A stretch of DNA of 64,000 bases from Mobula hypostoma. Taxonomy: Eukaryota. Below the pieces are notes generated by a model. That model was not told the origin of the DNA. It saw only the letters and a list, made by a program, of their open reading frames with translations, and did no database searches. Location of the stretch: the NCBI RefSeq assembly GCF_963921235.1, contig NC_086108.1:34040001-34104000 (forward strand). The letters run 5' to 3'. This document shows, piece after piece, positions 61,675 through 64,000 of the stretch. The position numbers and the translations under genes are program-made. How positions within the stretch are numbered: position 1 is the stretch's first letter; every line of letters begins with the position of its first letter.

Positions 61675-64000
61675 AGAACATAGAATAGTACAGCACTGCA
61701 CAGGCCCTTTGGCCCATAATGATGTGCAGCCCCTTAAACCCTGCCTCCCATATAACCCCCCACCACCTTAAATTCCTCCATATACCTGTCTAGTAGTCTC
61801 TTAAATTTCACTAGTGTATCTGCCTCCACCACTGACTCTGGCAGTGCATTCCAGGCACCAACCACTCTCTGAGTTAAAAACTTTCCTCTAATATCCCCCT
61901 TGAACTTCCCACCCCTTACCTTAAAGCTATGTCCTCTTGTATTGAGCAGTGGTGCCCTGGGGCAGAGGTGCTGGCTGTCCACTCTATCTAATCCTCTTAA
62001 TATCTTGTATACCCCTATCATGTCTCCTCTCATCCTCTTTCTCTCCAAAGAGTAAAGCCCTACCTCTCTTAATCTCTGATCATAATGCATACTCTCTAAA
62101 CCAGGCAGCATCCTGGTAAATCTCCTCTGTATGCTTTCCAATGCTTCCACATCCTTTCTATAGTAAGGTGACCAGAACTGGACACAGTACTCCAAGTGTG
62201 GCCTAACCAGAGTTTTATAGAGCTGCATCATTAACTCGCAACTCTTAAACTCTATCCCTCGACTTATGAAGGCTAACACCCCATCGGCTTTCTTAACTAC
62301 CCTATCTACCTGTGAGGCAACTTTCAGGGATCTGTGGACATGTACCCCGAAATCCCTCTGCTCCTCCACACTACCAAGTATCCTGTCATTTACTTTGTAC
62401 TCTGCCTTGGAGTATGTCCTTCCAAATTGTACCACCTCACACTTCTCTGGGTTGAACTCCATCTGCCACTTCTCAGCCCACTTCTGCATCCTATCAATGT
62501 CTCTCTGCAATCTTTGACAATCCTCCACACTATCCACAACACCACCAACCTTTGTGTCATCTGCAAACTTGCCAACCTACCCTTCTACCCCCACATCCAG
62601 GTCGTTAATAAAAATCATGAGAAGTAGAGGTCCCAGAACCGATCCTTGTGGGACACCACTAGTTACAACCCTCCAATCCAAACATACTACCTCCGCCACG
62701 ACCCTCTGCTTTCAGCAGGCAAGCCAATTCTGATTCCACCTGGCCAAACTTCCCTGGATCCCATGCCTTCTGACTTTCTGAATAAGCCTACCGTGTGGAA
62801 CCTTATCAAATGCCTTACTAAAATCCATGTAGATCACATACACTACAGTACCCTCATCTATATGCCTGGTCACTTCCTCAAAGAACTCTATCAGGCTTGT
62901 TAGACACGATCTGCCAAGCATCAGACCATGATTCTCTAAATGCCTATAGATCCTATCTCTAAGAATCTTTTCCAACAGATTTCCCACCACAGACGTAAGG
63001 CTCACTGGTCTATAATTACCCGGACTATCCCTACTACCTTTTTTGAACAAGGGGACAACATTTTCCTCCCTCCAATCCTCCGGTACCATTCCCGTGGACA
63101 ACGAGGACATAAAGATCTTAGCCAGAGGCTCAGCAATCTCTTCCCTCACCTCGTGGAGCAGCCTGGGGAATATTCCGTCAGACCCCGGGGACTTATCTGT
63201 CCTAATGTATTTTAACAACTCCAACACCTCCTCTCCCTTAATATCAACATGCTCCAGAGCATCAACCTCACTCATATTGTCCTCACCGTCATCAAGCTCC
63301 CTCTCATTGGTGAATACCGAAGAGAAGTATTCATTGAGGACCTCACTCATTTCCACAGCCTCCAGGCACATCTTCCCACCTTTATCTCTAATCGGTCCTA
63401 CCTTCACTCCTGTCATCCTTTTTCTCTTCACATAATTGAAGAATGCCTTGGGGTTTTCCTTTACCCTACTCGCCAAGGCCTTCTCATGCCCCCTTCTTGC
63501 TCTTCTCAGCCCCTTCTTAAGCTCCTTTCTTGCTTCCCTATATTCCTCAATAGACCCATTTGATCCTTGCTTCCTAAACCTCATGTATGCTGCCTTCTTC
63601 CACCTGACTAGATTTTCCACCTCACTTGTCACCCATGGTTCCTTCACCCTACCATTCTTTATCCTCCTCACCAGAACAAATTTATCCCTAACATCCTGCA
63701 AGAGATCCCTAAACATCGACCACATATCCATAGTACATTTCCCTGCAAAAACATCATCCCAAATCACACCCACAAGTTCTAGCCTTATAGCCTCATAATT
63801 TGCCCTTCCCCAATTAAAAAATTTTCCTGTCCTCTCTGATTCTATCCTTTTCCATGATAATGCTAAAGGCCAGGGAGCAGTGGTCACTGTCCCCCAGATG
63901 CTCACCCATTGAGAGATCTGTGACCCGACCTGGTTCGTTACCTAATACTAGATCTAGTATGGCATTCCCTCCCATCGGCCTGTCAACATACTGTGACAGG
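61675..64000 (-). mobile_element. Relatively young CR1 LINE ORF2 (RT), antisense in RGS5 intron 2; runs off the window
   Basis: Long ORFs 62712..63905 and 61734..62537 with YRPVSLTSVVG, YMDFSKAFDKVPH, LVRPHLEYCVQFWSP and QRVVGAWNALP. Contains frameshifts and a deletion of the SQHGF motif. Confidence 0.95.

Overview
Vertebrate genomic DNA, most likely from a cartilaginous fish (ray/skate-like repeat landscape; organism is an inference). One host gene is identifiable: RGS5 on the + strand, with a compact TATA/CCAAT promoter near 32.9 kb, coding exon 1 (33001-33044, MCKGLAALPATCLER), a 27.5-kb first intron and coding exon 2 (60512-60622, [36 protein letters not shown]). The RGS-domain exons lie beyond the window. 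Neither exon appears in the ORF track. Most of the rest is transposable-element debris: CR1 and Rex1/Babar LINEs, Penelope-like elements with minimal hammerhead motifs, a two-LTR Gypsy element, a Tc1 DD34E transposon, hAT, Tc1 and mariner MITEs, and tRNA-derived SINEs. The best-supported unusual structures are (1) a ~4.5-kb inversion (about 16338-20872) that can be reconstructed from three broken nested elements, (2) a TSD-flanked head-to-head Penelope hairpin with a hammerhead motif on each strand and (3) a 75-bp G-rich minisatellite with a higher-order 3-mer step. More speculative are a possible intronic alternative first exon that would give RGS5 without its Met-Cys oxygen-sensing degron, and an adjacent 18-bp perfect hairpin. 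I found no convincing new protein-coding system.
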